From: an uncultured Pelagibacteraceae bacterium
GTDB lineage: Bacteria > Pseudomonadota > Alphaproteobacteria > Pelagibacterales > Pelagibacteraceae
Direction of reading: 5' to 3'
NCBI GenBank assembly: GCA_902582385.1
Contig: CACHRX010000001.1
Span: 24,134 to 88,133, forward strand
Length of the DNA: 64,000 nt
In this document: piece after piece, positions 54,358 to 63,877 of the stretch
Position numbering within the stretch: the stretch's first letter is position 1
How the letters are laid out: each line of letters begins with the position of its first letter
The notes under the pieces: generated by a model
What the model was told of the DNA's origin: nothing
What the model saw: the letters and a program-made list of their open reading frames with translations, nothing else
Database searches by the model: none
Made by a program: the position numbers and the translations under genes

Positions 54358-54468
54358 TTACAGTAAGAATATAGCCATTAGAACCAAAACAACTATTACC
54401 GCGACAGTTCCCCACAATACAAATTTTGTAAAATTATTCCAAGTATTTTTATGGTTTTCATTATCCAT
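54358..54468 (-). CDS. aa3-type cytochrome c oxidase subunit IV (36 aa, not in the ORF track)
   Basis: MDNENHKNTWNNFTKFVLWGTVAVIVVLVLMAIFLL*; MD...H..T...F plus one TM helix; a usual neighbour of pntA in alphaproteobacteria. Confidence 0.78.
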   Translation of the reverse strand: MDNENHKNTWNNFTKFVLWGTVAVIVVLVLMAIFLL

Positions 54469-54474
54469 AAAAAT
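54445..54474 (-). promoter_or_regulatory. Hairpin covering the coxIV start codon and touching the rpmJ stop
   Basis: Perfect 10-bp stem ATTTTTATGG / CCATAAAAAT with a 10-nt loop. Confidence 0.6.
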
Positions 54475-54599
54475 TATTTTTGTCTGGCTTTGAATTTTGG
54501 ATTTGTTTTGTTAATTATGTAAACTCTTCCTCTTCTTCTCACAAGTTTAGAATTTAAGTCTCTTTTCTTTATGGATTTAAGTGAACTTTTAATTTTCAT
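54474..54599 (-). CDS. rpmJ: 50S ribosomal protein L36, type B (41 aa, not in the ORF track)
   Basis: [41 protein letters not shown]. Confidence 0.95.
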   Translation of the reverse strand: MKIKSSLKSIKKRDLNSKLVRRRGRVYIINKTNPKFKARQK

Positions 54600-54616
54600 A
54601 ATTTACAGCTTTTAAA

Positions 54617-54732
54617 TGCCGGCGATGACCTACTCTCCCATATCTTAAGACAAAGTACCATCGGCGCTGAAAGGCTTGACTTCCGAGTTCGGAATGGGAT
54701 CGGGTATAACACTTTCGCAATAACCACCGGCA
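54617..54732 (-). rRNA. rrf: 5S rRNA (no 16S or 23S in the window)
   Basis: TGCCGG...CCGGCA terminal helix, CCCGATCCCATTCCGAACTCGGAAGTCAAGC, GCCGATGGTAC, GGGAGAGTAGGTC. Confidence 0.97.
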
Positions 54733-54737
54733 ACGAG

Positions 54738-54765
54738 TTTATACTCTAAAAAATTAAAATGTAAA
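54738..54765 (-). promoter_or_regulatory. Putative dedicated 5S rRNA promoter
   Basis: TTTACA-16 nt-TATAAA, ending about 5 nt before the 5S 5' end. Confidence 0.5.
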
Positions 54766-54789
54766 TACGTTTAAAATCTCTAGATTTGC

Positions 54790-55677
54790 TTATTTTTTGT
54801 TTTTTTTAATAAATTCTTTAACATATTTTTCTAATTTTATTTTTCCAAAATTCTTATGAACTTTATTAGATAAGCTCATGCCAGCCAAAGCAGATGCATA
54901 TCTCTCACCTTTTCTTGGAGATAAATAGATGATTTTATGTCTAAATAATTTTGCTAACTTAATTATAGTATAACTCTCTTTATGAGAAATGCTGTAATAT
55001 CTATTTTTATTTAATTTCCAAGCCTTATAACAAATTTCTATGGTATCTTTTATATGAGTAAATCTTCTTGATTGAGTTCCTGGCTTAACGACTGGCAAAG
55101 GTTTATTTAATTTGTAATAATTTTCAAAAATACCTACTACAGTAGCCATATATCCTTTTGAAATTTGTCTTGGTCCATAAACATTATAAAAAAAAATAAC
55201 TTCATACTTAAAATTATACCATTTTTTTAGATTCTCTAAAAATTCTAAGTTTTTAGCTTTAGTAAAAGCGTAAGGTGAAAGATTTTTATCTTTACCTCTA
55301 TTTCCTAATGATGCTGAAGTTGCAGAATAAATTAATTTTAATTTATTTTTAAGGCAAAAGTCAAATACAGCACCTGTTCCGATAGTATTTGATTGTATAC
55401 ATTTATTCATATGAAAAAAACTTTGATAGATCCTCGAAAATTCACCAAAATGAAATATGGTACTTATTTTATCTTTATATTTACTAAGTACCTTAGATAT
55501 ATCTTTTGTATGACAATTAATATATTTCACTCTTTTATTCTTAAAATGATTTTTTTTTGAACCAGAAGAATAATTATCTAAACTTATAATATTAAATTTC
55601 GATTTCTTTAATAAACAATCAATTAAATTTGAACCAACAAATCCACAACCACCAGTAACGATAATAAAATTTTTCAT
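54790..55677 (-). CDS. NAD-dependent nucleotide-sugar epimerase/dehydratase
   Basis: TGGCGFVG, YAFTK (YxxxK), YNVYGP, RRFTHI. Confidence 0.88.
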   Translation of the reverse strand: MKNFIIVTGGCGFVGSNLIDCLLKKSKFNIISLDNYSSGSKKNHFKNKRVKYINCHTKDISKVLSKYKDKISTIFHFGEFSRIYQSFFHMNKCIQSNTIGTGAVFDFCLKNKLKLIYSATSASLGNRGKDKNLSPYAFTKAKNLEFLENLKKWYNFKYEVIFFYNVYGPRQISKGYMATVVGIFENYYKLNKPLPVVKPGTQSRRFTHIKDTIEICYKAWKLNKNRYYSISHKESYTIIKLAKLFRHKIIYLSPRKGERYASALAGMSLSNKVHKNFGKIKLEKYVKEFIKKNKK

Positions 55678-55680
55678 ATC

Positions 55681-56637
55681 TTATTTAATTACTTTTTCAA
55701 AACTCATCTTTTTAAGAAAATCTTCATAAGTCAAACCAAAACCCCTATCTAAATTAAATTTCGGTTTCCATCCATAAGATTTAGCTAAACCTGAATCTAA
55801 TAGTTTTCTCGGAGTCCCATTAGGTTTGGATCGATCGTATTTTATGCTCAACTTATATTTAAGTTTTTTAGATATAAACTTGGCATAATCATACACTGAC
55901 TTTTCACTTCCAGTTCCAATATTAATAACTGTTTCCTTGCAATTTCTTTTAATAAAAAATTCACAAGCACTTGCTAAATCATCAACAAACATTAATTCTC
56001 TTTTTGCCTTCCCATTTCCCCATAAAATTATTTCTTTTGTATCTCTTTTTTTAGCTAAAAAGACTTTTTTTATTAAGGCGGGGAAAAAATGAGAGTATCT
56101 AGAATCGTAATTATCACCAGGACCATAAAGATTAGTTGGCATTAAACTAATATAATTTACATTATATTGTTTACTGTAAGTTTCACACATTTTTACTCCT
56201 GAAATTTTTGCTATGGCATAAGCATCGTTTGTCTCCTCTAAACTTGATGTTAACAAGTATTTTTCTTTAATTGGTTGTTTTGAGTGTTTTGGATATATAC
56301 AGCTAGATCCTAAGAGAATTAATTTTTTGACCCCGGCTTTATAAGCAGAATGAATAATATTGTTTTGTATCATCATATTGTCATATAAAAAATTTGCTTT
56401 TTGACTCATGTTGGCAAATATGCCCCCTACTTTAGCTGCAGCAATTATTACAACATCTGGTTTTATTTTTGCAATATATTCATATGTTTTTTTTTGATTT
56501 GTTAAGTTGAGTTCTTTACTTGTTTTTAGATAAATTTTTTTATACTTTTTTTTTCTTAAAAGTTTTAAGATTGATGAGCCGACCATTCCAGTGTGACCAG
56601 CCAAATAAACTTTAATATGACTTTTGCTTTTTTTCAT
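55681..56637 (-). CDS. fcl: GDP-L-fucose synthase
   Basis: GHTGMVG, AAKVGGI, GSSCIYP, YAIAK, PTNLYGP.DNY, WG.G...RE. Confidence 0.93.
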   Translation of the reverse strand: MKKSKSHIKVYLAGHTGMVGSSILKLLRKKKYKKIYLKTSKELNLTNQKKTYEYIAKIKPDVVIIAAAKVGGIFANMSQKANFLYDNMMIQNNIIHSAYKAGVKKLILLGSSCIYPKHSKQPIKEKYLLTSSLEETNDAYAIAKISGVKMCETYSKQYNVNYISLMPTNLYGPGDNYDSRYSHFFPALIKKVFLAKKRDTKEIILWGNGKAKRELMFVDDLASACEFFIKRNCKETVINIGTGSEKSVYDYAKFISKKLKYKLSIKYDRSKPNGTPRKLLDSGLAKSYGWKPKFNLDRGFGLTYEDFLKKMSFEKVIK

Positions 56638-56694
56638 AATAATAAAATAAAAGACTTTTAAAATGACAAAAATTTTCCCTAAAAAAAAGAAAGC

Positions 56695-57741
56695 CTATTT
56701 GATAGCTTTGATTTCATAGTTTACCATTTCTTTAATTAAAGTTTTTAAATTTATTTTTGGTTTCCATTTTAATAGTCTTCTTGCTTTTGAAAAATCCCCT
56801 AGTAAAGTATCAACTTCATTTGGTCTAAAATATTTTTTATCACATTCTATAATACATTTCCCAGTATCTTTTAAGTAGCCTTTTTCATTTAATCCTTTAC
56901 CTTTCCAAATTATTTGCAGTTTTAATTCTTTACAAGTCAAATTAACAAATTCCTTTACTGAATATTGTTGACCAGTTGCCAAAACAAAGTCATCTGGTTT
57001 TTTGTAATTTATTATTTTCCACATTCCTTCAATAAAGTCTTGGGCATGACCCCAGTCCCTTTTTGCATAAATATTTCCTAATATTAGTTTCCCTTTTCCA
57101 GTTTTTTTGATTTTACATAAGGCTTGGATACATTTTTTGGTTACAAAAGTTTCACCCCTTAATGGACTTTCGTGATTAAAAAGAATTCCATTTGTAGCAA
57201 ATAAACCATATGCATCTCTATAATTTTTGGTAATCCAATATGAATAAACTTTGGCAGTTCCATAAGGACTCCGTGGATTAAATGGTGTTTTTTCATTTTG
57301 AATTTTTTTTAAAACTTTTCCATACATTTCAGATGTACCAGCTTGATAAAATCTTGATTTAAGATTCAATTTAATTATTGCCTCTAATATTCTCAAAGTT
57401 CCTAAACCATCAGCATTTGAGGTGTATTCTGGTAATTCAAAAGAAACTGCTACATGAGATTGAGCAGCTAAATTATAAATCTCGTCAGGTTTTATTTTAG
57501 AAATAATATTCAGTACGGAAAGAGAGTCAGTTATGTCTCCGTAATGTAAAAAAAATTTTTTACTATTTATATTTTCGTGATACTTTTCATATAAGTCGTC
57601 AATCCTCATTGTATTAAAGGAAGAGCTTCTCCTTTTAACGCCATGAACAATATAATTTTTTTTTAACAAAAATCTTGCTAGATAAGCTCCATCTTGTCCT
57701 GTTATCCCAAATATCAATGCTTTTTTAGATTGTTTTTTCAT
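56695..57741 (-). CDS. gmd: GDP-mannose 4,6-dehydratase
   Basis: GITGQDGAYL, AAQSHV, TSEMYG, PRSPY, FNHESPLRGETFVT, RDWGHA. Confidence 0.97.
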   Translation of the reverse strand: MKKQSKKALIFGITGQDGAYLARFLLKKNYIVHGVKRRSSSFNTMRIDDLYEKYHENINSKKFFLHYGDITDSLSVLNIISKIKPDEIYNLAAQSHVAVSFELPEYTSNADGLGTLRILEAIIKLNLKSRFYQAGTSEMYGKVLKKIQNEKTPFNPRSPYGTAKVYSYWITKNYRDAYGLFATNGILFNHESPLRGETFVTKKCIQALCKIKKTGKGKLILGNIYAKRDWGHAQDFIEGMWKIINYKKPDDFVLATGQQYSVKEFVNLTCKELKLQIIWKGKGLNEKGYLKDTGKCIIECDKKYFRPNEVDTLLGDFSKARRLLKWKPKINLKTLIKEMVNYEIKAIK

Positions 57742-57821
57742 TCAAACATTAATCCTTTTATAAATTGTAGTTTAAAAAAAAATAATGTACATGTTTTTTT
57801 ATATTTTCCTTATTTAGTATA

Positions 57822-59498
57822 TTATTTTTTTTTGTAAATATTTATATATTTTGCATAAATTGCATGAACCTCGCCTTTTAAAGCAGATCTATGACCCAAA
57901 ATGCTTTTTGGCTCAAAACTCTTTAATAAAGTAAATTGATTTTTAAATTTTGGATTTATTTCTTCATTAACTAAAAGAATATAATCAGCATTTAAAATAT
58001 TTTTTCTGTCTAATATCTTGTAATTTCTAAAGTTGAATGGAACAGAATCCCAATTTGTTGGTGGGTATCTAAGAGATATTTTTTTATTTCTGTCAATGTT
58101 TTCATTAATCCAGAGTGCACTTATAAGTCTATTATCATAATTATAATTTACTAGATAATATAAAGACCTACTTAAAGGTGAAATTGTAAAAAAAAATACT
58201 AAAATAAAAATTGAAAATTTTTTATATGGATTTTTTATTCTTTCAATTAAGTTAAAAATCGTCAAAGAACTTAAAATAGAAAAAATAGCTAAAGAAGATA
58301 AAATATATTGCATGATACCTCCAAATATAACATAAATAAAAATAGCAGGTAAAATAATTGAAAATAATAAATATTTATTCTTATTTGAAATTAAAAAAAA
58401 ACTATATATCAGAGAAAAAATAAAAATAATTGTTAATATTAAAGATATTTGAAAAGGTGCTCTAAATTGTGAGAAGATAGTTGCATTAGTCTCCTTTGTT
58501 GATAATAAATTATTAAATCCTACTAATAAATCACTTATCATCCCAGGAAAATTGATTAAATAATAAGGATTAATAAATAAAAAAGAGACGAGCGATATTA
58601 CAAAAAATTTTATTAAATTTTTTGTAATACTTTTTAAATCAAATTCTTTATTGTAGTTAAAATACTGAATATAAAAAAAAGGTAATAAGATATATAAGGA
58701 GGTTGCCTGGGTTCCAATCGATAAACCAGAAAAAATTGCATAAATTATTAGATTTTTACCTTTAAGGTTTTCACTATATTTTTGAGCAAAAACCAAGGCA
58801 ATAATAAAAATTGGAAAAACAAATGCATGGGGTTCTACAGCATGCGTAGAGGCTAGTATTTCTGGATTAATCAATAAAATTAATGAAGATAGATATGCAT
58901 GCTTTTCACCAAAATATTTTTTTACAAAGTAAAAAAAAATTACTAGGCCTAATAAAAATGAAAAAAGAACCAAGTATCTTAAACTTAAGTATATTTTGCC
59001 GATTTCAGAGGGATTCTCTATGTAAAATTTAATATTATTTTTTAATTCTATAATATTAGCGAAATCTAATACTCCCAATAATACTGCTGAACTGTAAACA
59101 AAACCTCCTCCATACATATAAAAATTAGGATCAAAATCAAAATTTTTTGGATCAAGATTTCTTAACGCTTTTAATATTATAGAATCATCTCCTGCATAAG
59201 GAACCACTAAAAATCTTGAAAGAGCTAGTGAGATTGAAGTTTCATAAGCTTGACTGGATACATATTGTTTATAATCTTTAATATAAATTTTATTATCTTT
59301 TTTTTTTCTTTCCTGTAGGTAAGTTTTAGTAAGATCATCAGATTGATTAAGTAGCTCATCCTTGTTTCCAAAAAGGGCTAATATTCTTTCGTTGGAGGGT
59401 AAGCCCCAATTTAATCCATGAGAAATATAAAAAAAAATTAGAATTAAAAGAAAAGAATTTAAAATAAGTTTTTTTCTTTTTAAATATTTAAAAATCAC
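57822..59498 (-). CDS. GT-C fold integral-membrane glycosyltransferase (PMT/ArnT-like)
   Basis: N-terminal TM, then GLNWGLP and a long loop with DD and FDPNFYMYG; about 10 further TM segments including INPY; soluble C-terminal domain. Confidence 0.68.
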   Translation of the reverse strand: MIFKYLKRKKLILNSFLLILIFFYISHGLNWGLPSNERILALFGNKDELLNQSDDLTKTYLQERKKKDNKIYIKDYKQYVSSQAYETSISLALSRFLVVPYAGDDSIILKALRNLDPKNFDFDPNFYMYGGGFVYSSAVLLGVLDFANIIELKNNIKFYIENPSEIGKIYLSLRYLVLFSFLLGLVIFFYFVKKYFGEKHAYLSSLILLINPEILASTHAVEPHAFVFPIFIIALVFAQKYSENLKGKNLIIYAIFSGLSIGTQATSLYILLPFFYIQYFNYNKEFDLKSITKNLIKFFVISLVSFLFINPYYLINFPGMISDLLVGFNNLLSTKETNATIFSQFRAPFQISLILTIIFIFSLIYSFFLISNKNKYLLFSIILPAIFIYVIFGGIMQYILSSLAIFSILSSLTIFNLIERIKNPYKKFSIFILVFFFTISPLSRSLYYLVNYNYDNRLISALWINENIDRNKKISLRYPPTNWDSVPFNFRNYKILDRKNILNADYILLVNEEINPKFKNQFTLLKSFEPKSILGHRSALKGEVHAIYAKYINIYKKK

Positions 59499-60112
59499 TT
59501 TTTGTATGCTTTCATTATAAAAAGGTCATAAGGAAAATAATGTAAATTATTTACATGAAAAGTTTTACATTCATCATAAATACCAGATATTAATTTAGTA
59601 TATTGTTCTTTTGATCGAACAAATTCACCCCTATCATTTTTAATCAAAAAACTAGATATAAAATTCTGATTTTCGACTAATACAGGATCAAAAGATATAA
59701 AAGTTCCCCCAGGTTTTAGTGCAAAATATCCTTTTCTTATTAGTTTTTTTGCAATTTCATCATCTAAGTGGTGCAAAACTCCTGCTGATATTACTAAGTC
59801 AAAAGAATTTTCTTTTATAAAAGAAGTATTTTCCTCTACACCTAAACAATGAAATTCACCATATTTTGAATAATTTTTTTTTGCAGACAAAATATAATCT
59901 GGATTATTGTCTATACCTAGGTATTCAATATCTGAAGGTAAATATGAGGTCAGCTCTCCAGTTCCACATCCCAGATCTAATATTTTGTCATTTTTCTTAG
60001 GACAAACATAATCATTTATAAATTTTCTTCTTGGTCTACTTACTCCCATAATACGTTCAAATAAATTAAATATTATTGGATTTTCTAAAATCTTTTTTAT
60101 ATTTTTTAACAT
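59495..60112 (-). CDS. Class I SAM-dependent methyltransferase
   Basis: LDLGCGTG, GVLHHL, LKPGG, DRGEFVR. Confidence 0.9.
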   Translation of the reverse strand: MLKNIKKILENPIIFNLFERIMGVSRPRRKFINDYVCPKKNDKILDLGCGTGELTSYLPSDIEYLGIDNNPDYILSAKKNYSKYGEFHCLGVEENTSFIKENSFDLVISAGVLHHLDDEIAKKLIRKGYFALKPGGTFISFDPVLVENQNFISSFLIKNDRGEFVRSKEQYTKLISGIYDECKTFHVNNLHYFPYDLFIMKAYKK

Positions 60113-62013
60113 GATATATTATTTTTGTTTATCCATTTTACCAATACAAATAGCGTCCAAATTTTTTTGTAATTATTTTGTTTTTCATTAATGTGGTCTT
60201 CTATTAAATTTTTTACAAAATCATAGTTTATAAAATTTAATTTTTTAATATTTTTCTCACTTAATGTATCTAAAATTTCCGACTTAAGACTACTTTTAAG
60301 CCACTTCGCTAAAGGCACTGTAAAACCTTTTTTTTTGGCATTAGCAACTTTTCCTAAATTATTTTTTTCTAAATAACTTCTTAAATATTTTTTAGCTTTA
60401 TTTTTTTTGTTTAAATGATGATGTTTTGTATTGTTAACAAATTCAAATAGATTTTTGTCCAGAAAGGGGCTCCTTGCTTCGATGGAAAAATTCATATTTG
60501 CTTTATCTGTATGACTACATATTAAATTAGGAAGATAGTGTCTTTGAAATTGTAAAAAAAGTTTATCTTTATCTTCTTGAACATCTGTTTCTAAAAAAAT
60601 TTTTTTTATAAACCAATAAATACTTTTTTTTTCTGAAAATATTGAATTCTCCAAAATATATGGAACAACTAACTTTTCAATATCTTCCTCAAGGTAGGAA
60701 GATAGCCATCTTGAATTATAGAAATCATCATTTGACAGGAGACCTTTTTCAAATACTTTTAATTTATAACTAAAACCCATGTAATTAAAGTTATCTCCAT
60801 TAATTTTATTAATTATATTTATCATTTTTCTTAAAATTGGAAATTTGCTAATAATTTTATAATAATTTAATTTTAGAAATGGCTCATATCCTCCAAACAA
60901 TTCATCCCCTCCATCTCCTGATATAACAACCTTAAAATTGTTTTTTTTTACAAATTCAGCGATAATTCCCACAGCTAAATAGCCTGGATCAGAGAGAGGC
61001 TCATCTAATTCATCTATTAATGACAAACTTTTTTTAACACTTTCTTTTTCTGAAATGCTATGAGTAATCAGCTTAATACCTAATTCATTTGAAGTAAAAT
61101 TGGCTTGCTTGTCTTCATCAAAAGTTGGTTCATTAAATTTAAGATTAAAAGCGGTTAAATTATTAAATTTCAATTTTTTTTTTGCTATTGTTGCTAGTGA
61201 AGTTGAGTCTATTCCTCCACTTAAATAAATTGCTACTGGGACATCAGACCTTAAATGTTGTTCCACAGAAACTCTAAGTAGGCTGTCTATTTTAGAATTG
61301 ATTTTGCCTTCATCATCCTCAGATCTTTTATACTCAATAAACCAATATTTATTTTTTTTAATAGTATTTTTTTCAATATCATAAATTAAATATTCAGAAG
61401 GTAGTAGTTTTTTACATCTTTGTATAGGAGTGGTGTCGCCAACAAATGAGTCATAATGTAAATAAGATATAGCATTATTATAATCAAGCTTTTTTGAAAT
61501 TGCTGGATTTTTAATTAAAGATCTCAATTCAGATGAAAATACAAAATTTTTATCATCTGAATAATAATAAAATGGTTTTTGTCCAAAATGATCTCTAGCA
61601 GAAAATATAATTTTTTTTTTTAAGTCAATTAAGGAAAATGAAAACATCCCTTTTATTTTTTTTAGCATTTCAATATCCCAAATTTCATAGCTAGCAAGCA
61701 GAACTTCTGTATCGCTAGTTGTATGAAAATTGTAACCTTTATTTTTTAGTTCTTTCTTCAATTCAAGATAGTTATAAATTTCTCCATTAAACAACAAAAT
61801 TAAGTTCTCTTCTTTATTTTTAAAAGGCTGACTACTTCTTTGATTAAGATCTAAAATAGACAATCTTTTATGTGCAAGAAAAATATTATCATTTGAATAA
61901 TATCCCTCATCATCTGGACCTCTATGATTAAGCGCATTATTCATATCTTTTAAAATATTTAAGCTTAAATCTTTTTTTTTATCATAGGAAACAAATCCAC
62001 AAAAACCACACAT
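60106..62013 (-). CDS. asnB: Asparagine synthetase B-like glutamine amidotransferase
   Basis: N-terminal MCG, HRGPD, RLSILD, NGEIYN, SDTEV, LSGGIDS, SGDGGDELFGGY, EARSPFLD, KKGF. Confidence 0.93.
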   Translation of the reverse strand: MCGFCGFVSYDKKKDLSLNILKDMNNALNHRGPDDEGYYSNDNIFLAHKRLSILDLNQRSSQPFKNKEENLILLFNGEIYNYLELKKELKNKGYNFHTTSDTEVLLASYEIWDIEMLKKIKGMFSFSLIDLKKKIIFSARDHFGQKPFYYYSDDKNFVFSSELRSLIKNPAISKKLDYNNAISYLHYDSFVGDTTPIQRCKKLLPSEYLIYDIEKNTIKKNKYWFIEYKRSEDDEGKINSKIDSLLRVSVEQHLRSDVPVAIYLSGGIDSTSLATIAKKKLKFNNLTAFNLKFNEPTFDEDKQANFTSNELGIKLITHSISEKESVKKSLSLIDELDEPLSDPGYLAVGIIAEFVKKNNFKVVISGDGGDELFGGYEPFLKLNYYKIISKFPILRKMINIINKINGDNFNYMGFSYKLKVFEKGLLSNDDFYNSRWLSSYLEEDIEKLVVPYILENSIFSEKKSIYWFIKKIFLETDVQEDKDKLFLQFQRHYLPNLICSHTDKANMNFSIEARSPFLDKNLFEFVNNTKHHHLNKKNKAKKYLRSYLEKNNLGKVANAKKKGFTVPLAKWLKSSLKSEILDTLSEKNIKKLNFINYDFVKNLIEDHINEKQNNYKKIWTLFVLVKWINKNNISC

Positions 62014-62742
62014 TTAATCTTCCTTAAACTTTCCTGCTTTTAATCTTAAAAAAAAATAAAAAAATTCTGGAAGACCAAAAAAGATTTTTTTAACTATAGA
62101 ATAATTGGATTTTCCATATTGTCTTTTTCTATGTATTACAGAAAAAGTATGAACTTTTTTAGCACCATTAAAAATTGCTATTAAAGGCATGTATCTATGA
62201 TCGTTATACCCTAAGTTATTGGCTTTTATAAAATTTCTTTTGTAAGAAACAAGGCTTGAAGAATAAGTTGGAAGGTCAACTTTAATTAAAAATCTAGTAA
62301 TTAAATTATAAATATAAGTTAAAATTACTATAGATACTGGATGTTTCCGTACTAAACGGTTAGCTAAAATTACATCATAATCATTTTTTATTAAAAGTTT
62401 GAAAATTTTTTTTAAATGGGTTGGATTATCTTGATTATCAGAATCAATTCTAATAAAAAAATCACTCTTGAAAATTTCTAAATATTTTTTATAGGAAAGA
62501 GTTTGTCCAAGATTATGTTTGTTATTTATAAGATAAAACTTTTTTGATTTTAGATATTTTCTAACAACTTTTTCACTATTATCTAATGAACCATCATTTA
62601 TAAAGACATATCTAATTTTAAACTGCTTAAAGTTGGATGTAGATTTTATAATTTGTGGAATAAGAATTTTAAGATTTTGATATTCATTAAAAAAGGGTAC
62701 GACAATATCTACAGTCTTTTTTTTATTGTTTTTAAATTTCAT
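62014..62742 (-). CDS. GT2 glycosyltransferase, polyprenol-phosphate (DPM1/ArnC/GtrB-like) type
   Basis: VVPFFNE, NDGSLD, IDSDNQD, HR.R..G.SNY; start set at MKFKN. Confidence 0.85.
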   Translation of the reverse strand: MKFKNNKKKTVDIVVPFFNEYQNLKILIPQIIKSTSNFKQFKIRYVFINDGSLDNSEKVVRKYLKSKKFYLINNKHNLGQTLSYKKYLEIFKSDFFIRIDSDNQDNPTHLKKIFKLLIKNDYDVILANRLVRKHPVSIVILTYIYNLITRFLIKVDLPTYSSSLVSYKRNFIKANNLGYNDHRYMPLIAIFNGAKKVHTFSVIHRKRQYGKSNYSIVKKIFFGLPEFFYFFLRLKAGKFKED

Positions 62743-62767
62743 TAATTTATGTATATATATTATTTGT

Positions 62768-63877
62768 ATGAAGATATCACTTTCTAAGCCAGAACTAGAC
62801 AAAAAAGATATAAGTATTATTGTAAATTCTTTGAAAAGTGGATGGTTAACTCATGGGCCAGAAAACTTAAAATTTGAAAATTTTTTTAAAAAAAAAATAG
62901 GAACGAAGTATGCGATTTCAATGAATTCATGCACTAGTGCACTAGAGTGTTCTCTAAAAGTTTTGGAAAAAAAAGGTGAAGTTATAATACCAAGCTGGAC
63001 TTGGGTATCAACAGCCAACGCAGTTTTAAATACTGGTAATAAACCGGTGTTTGCGGACGTAAATTTAAATTCAAGAAATATAACTGCTGAAGAAATAAAA
63101 AAAAAAATTACAAAAAAGACTATTGCAGTAATTGTTGTTCATTATGCAGGTCTTGTTTGTGAAATGGGACCTATTGTCAAATTATTAAAAAAAAAAAAAA
63201 TTGATTTAATTGAAGATAGTGCTGAATGTTTGGGTGCTACATACAAAAAAAATCAAGCGGGTTCTTTTGGAACTGGATGTTTCTCTTTTTTTCCAACTAA
63301 AAATATAACTACTACTGAAGGTGGCATGCTAACAACTAACTCAAAATTGAAATATGAAAAAATTAAAAGGATTATTGCGCATGGAATTAACAAAAATTTA
63401 AAAAAAAAACCTTGGTATCGAATATCTGATCTACCAGGACACAATTTTAGACTACCAAATCATTTAGCTGCACTTGGCTTAAATCAATTAAAAAGATTAA
63501 ATAGATTTAATTCCAAAAGACGTTTGATAGCAAAAAACTATGATCAGTTTTTTAAAAAATATCCTGACATTTTTAAAGTTCAGGACATTGGTAAAGATTT
63601 TACTCATTCCTACCAAATGTATTCTTTAATTACTAAAGCAAAGTATAGAGATGATTTAGTTTATTATTTAAAAAAAAATAAAATCGAAGCATCAGTTCAC
63701 TTTGATCCTCCTCTTCATAAGCAGGCATATTTAAAAAAATATGCGATTTATCTTAAAAATACTGAAAGACTATCAAAAACTATAGTCACATTACCCATAT
63801 ATCCAGGATTAGATAATACAAAACAAAAATATATGTTTAAAAAAATAGATCAATGGTACAAGCGTAAAAAAAAATGA
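62768..63877 (+). CDS. DegT/DnrJ/EryC1/StrS nucleotide-sugar aminotransferase
   Basis: NSCTSAL, VHYAG, EDSA, SFFPTKNITT.EGG (PLP Lys), NFRL; start set at MKISL. Confidence 0.93.
   Translation: MKISLSKPELDKKDISIIVNSLKSGWLTHGPENLKFENFFKKKIGTKYAISMNSCTSALECSLKVLEKKGEVIIPSWTWVSTANAVLNTGNKPVFADVNLNSRNITAEEIKKKITKKTIAVIVVHYAGLVCEMGPIVKLLKKKKIDLIEDSAECLGATYKKNQAGSFGTGCFSFFPTKNITTTEGGMLTTNSKLKYEKIKRIIAHGINKNLKKKPWYRISDLPGHNFRLPNHLAALGLNQLKRLNRFNSKRRLIAKNYDQFFKKYPDIFKVQDIGKDFTHSYQMYSLITKAKYRDDLVYYLKKNKIEASVHFDPPLHKQAYLKKYAIYLKNTERLSKTIVTLPIYPGLDNTKQKYMFKKIDQWYKRKKK

Noticed and set aside
57738-57757. Three-codon ORF (ATG TTT GAA TGA) overlapping the gmd start
   Set aside because: Easily arises by chance, and the AAGGA spacing to this ATG is too short
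63187-63200. A14 tract in the island aminotransferase as a phase-variation switch
   Set aside because: The frame is intact, and 13-nt tracts also occur in essential glmM (28634-28646, 29337-29349); consistent with Lys-rich, AT-rich background
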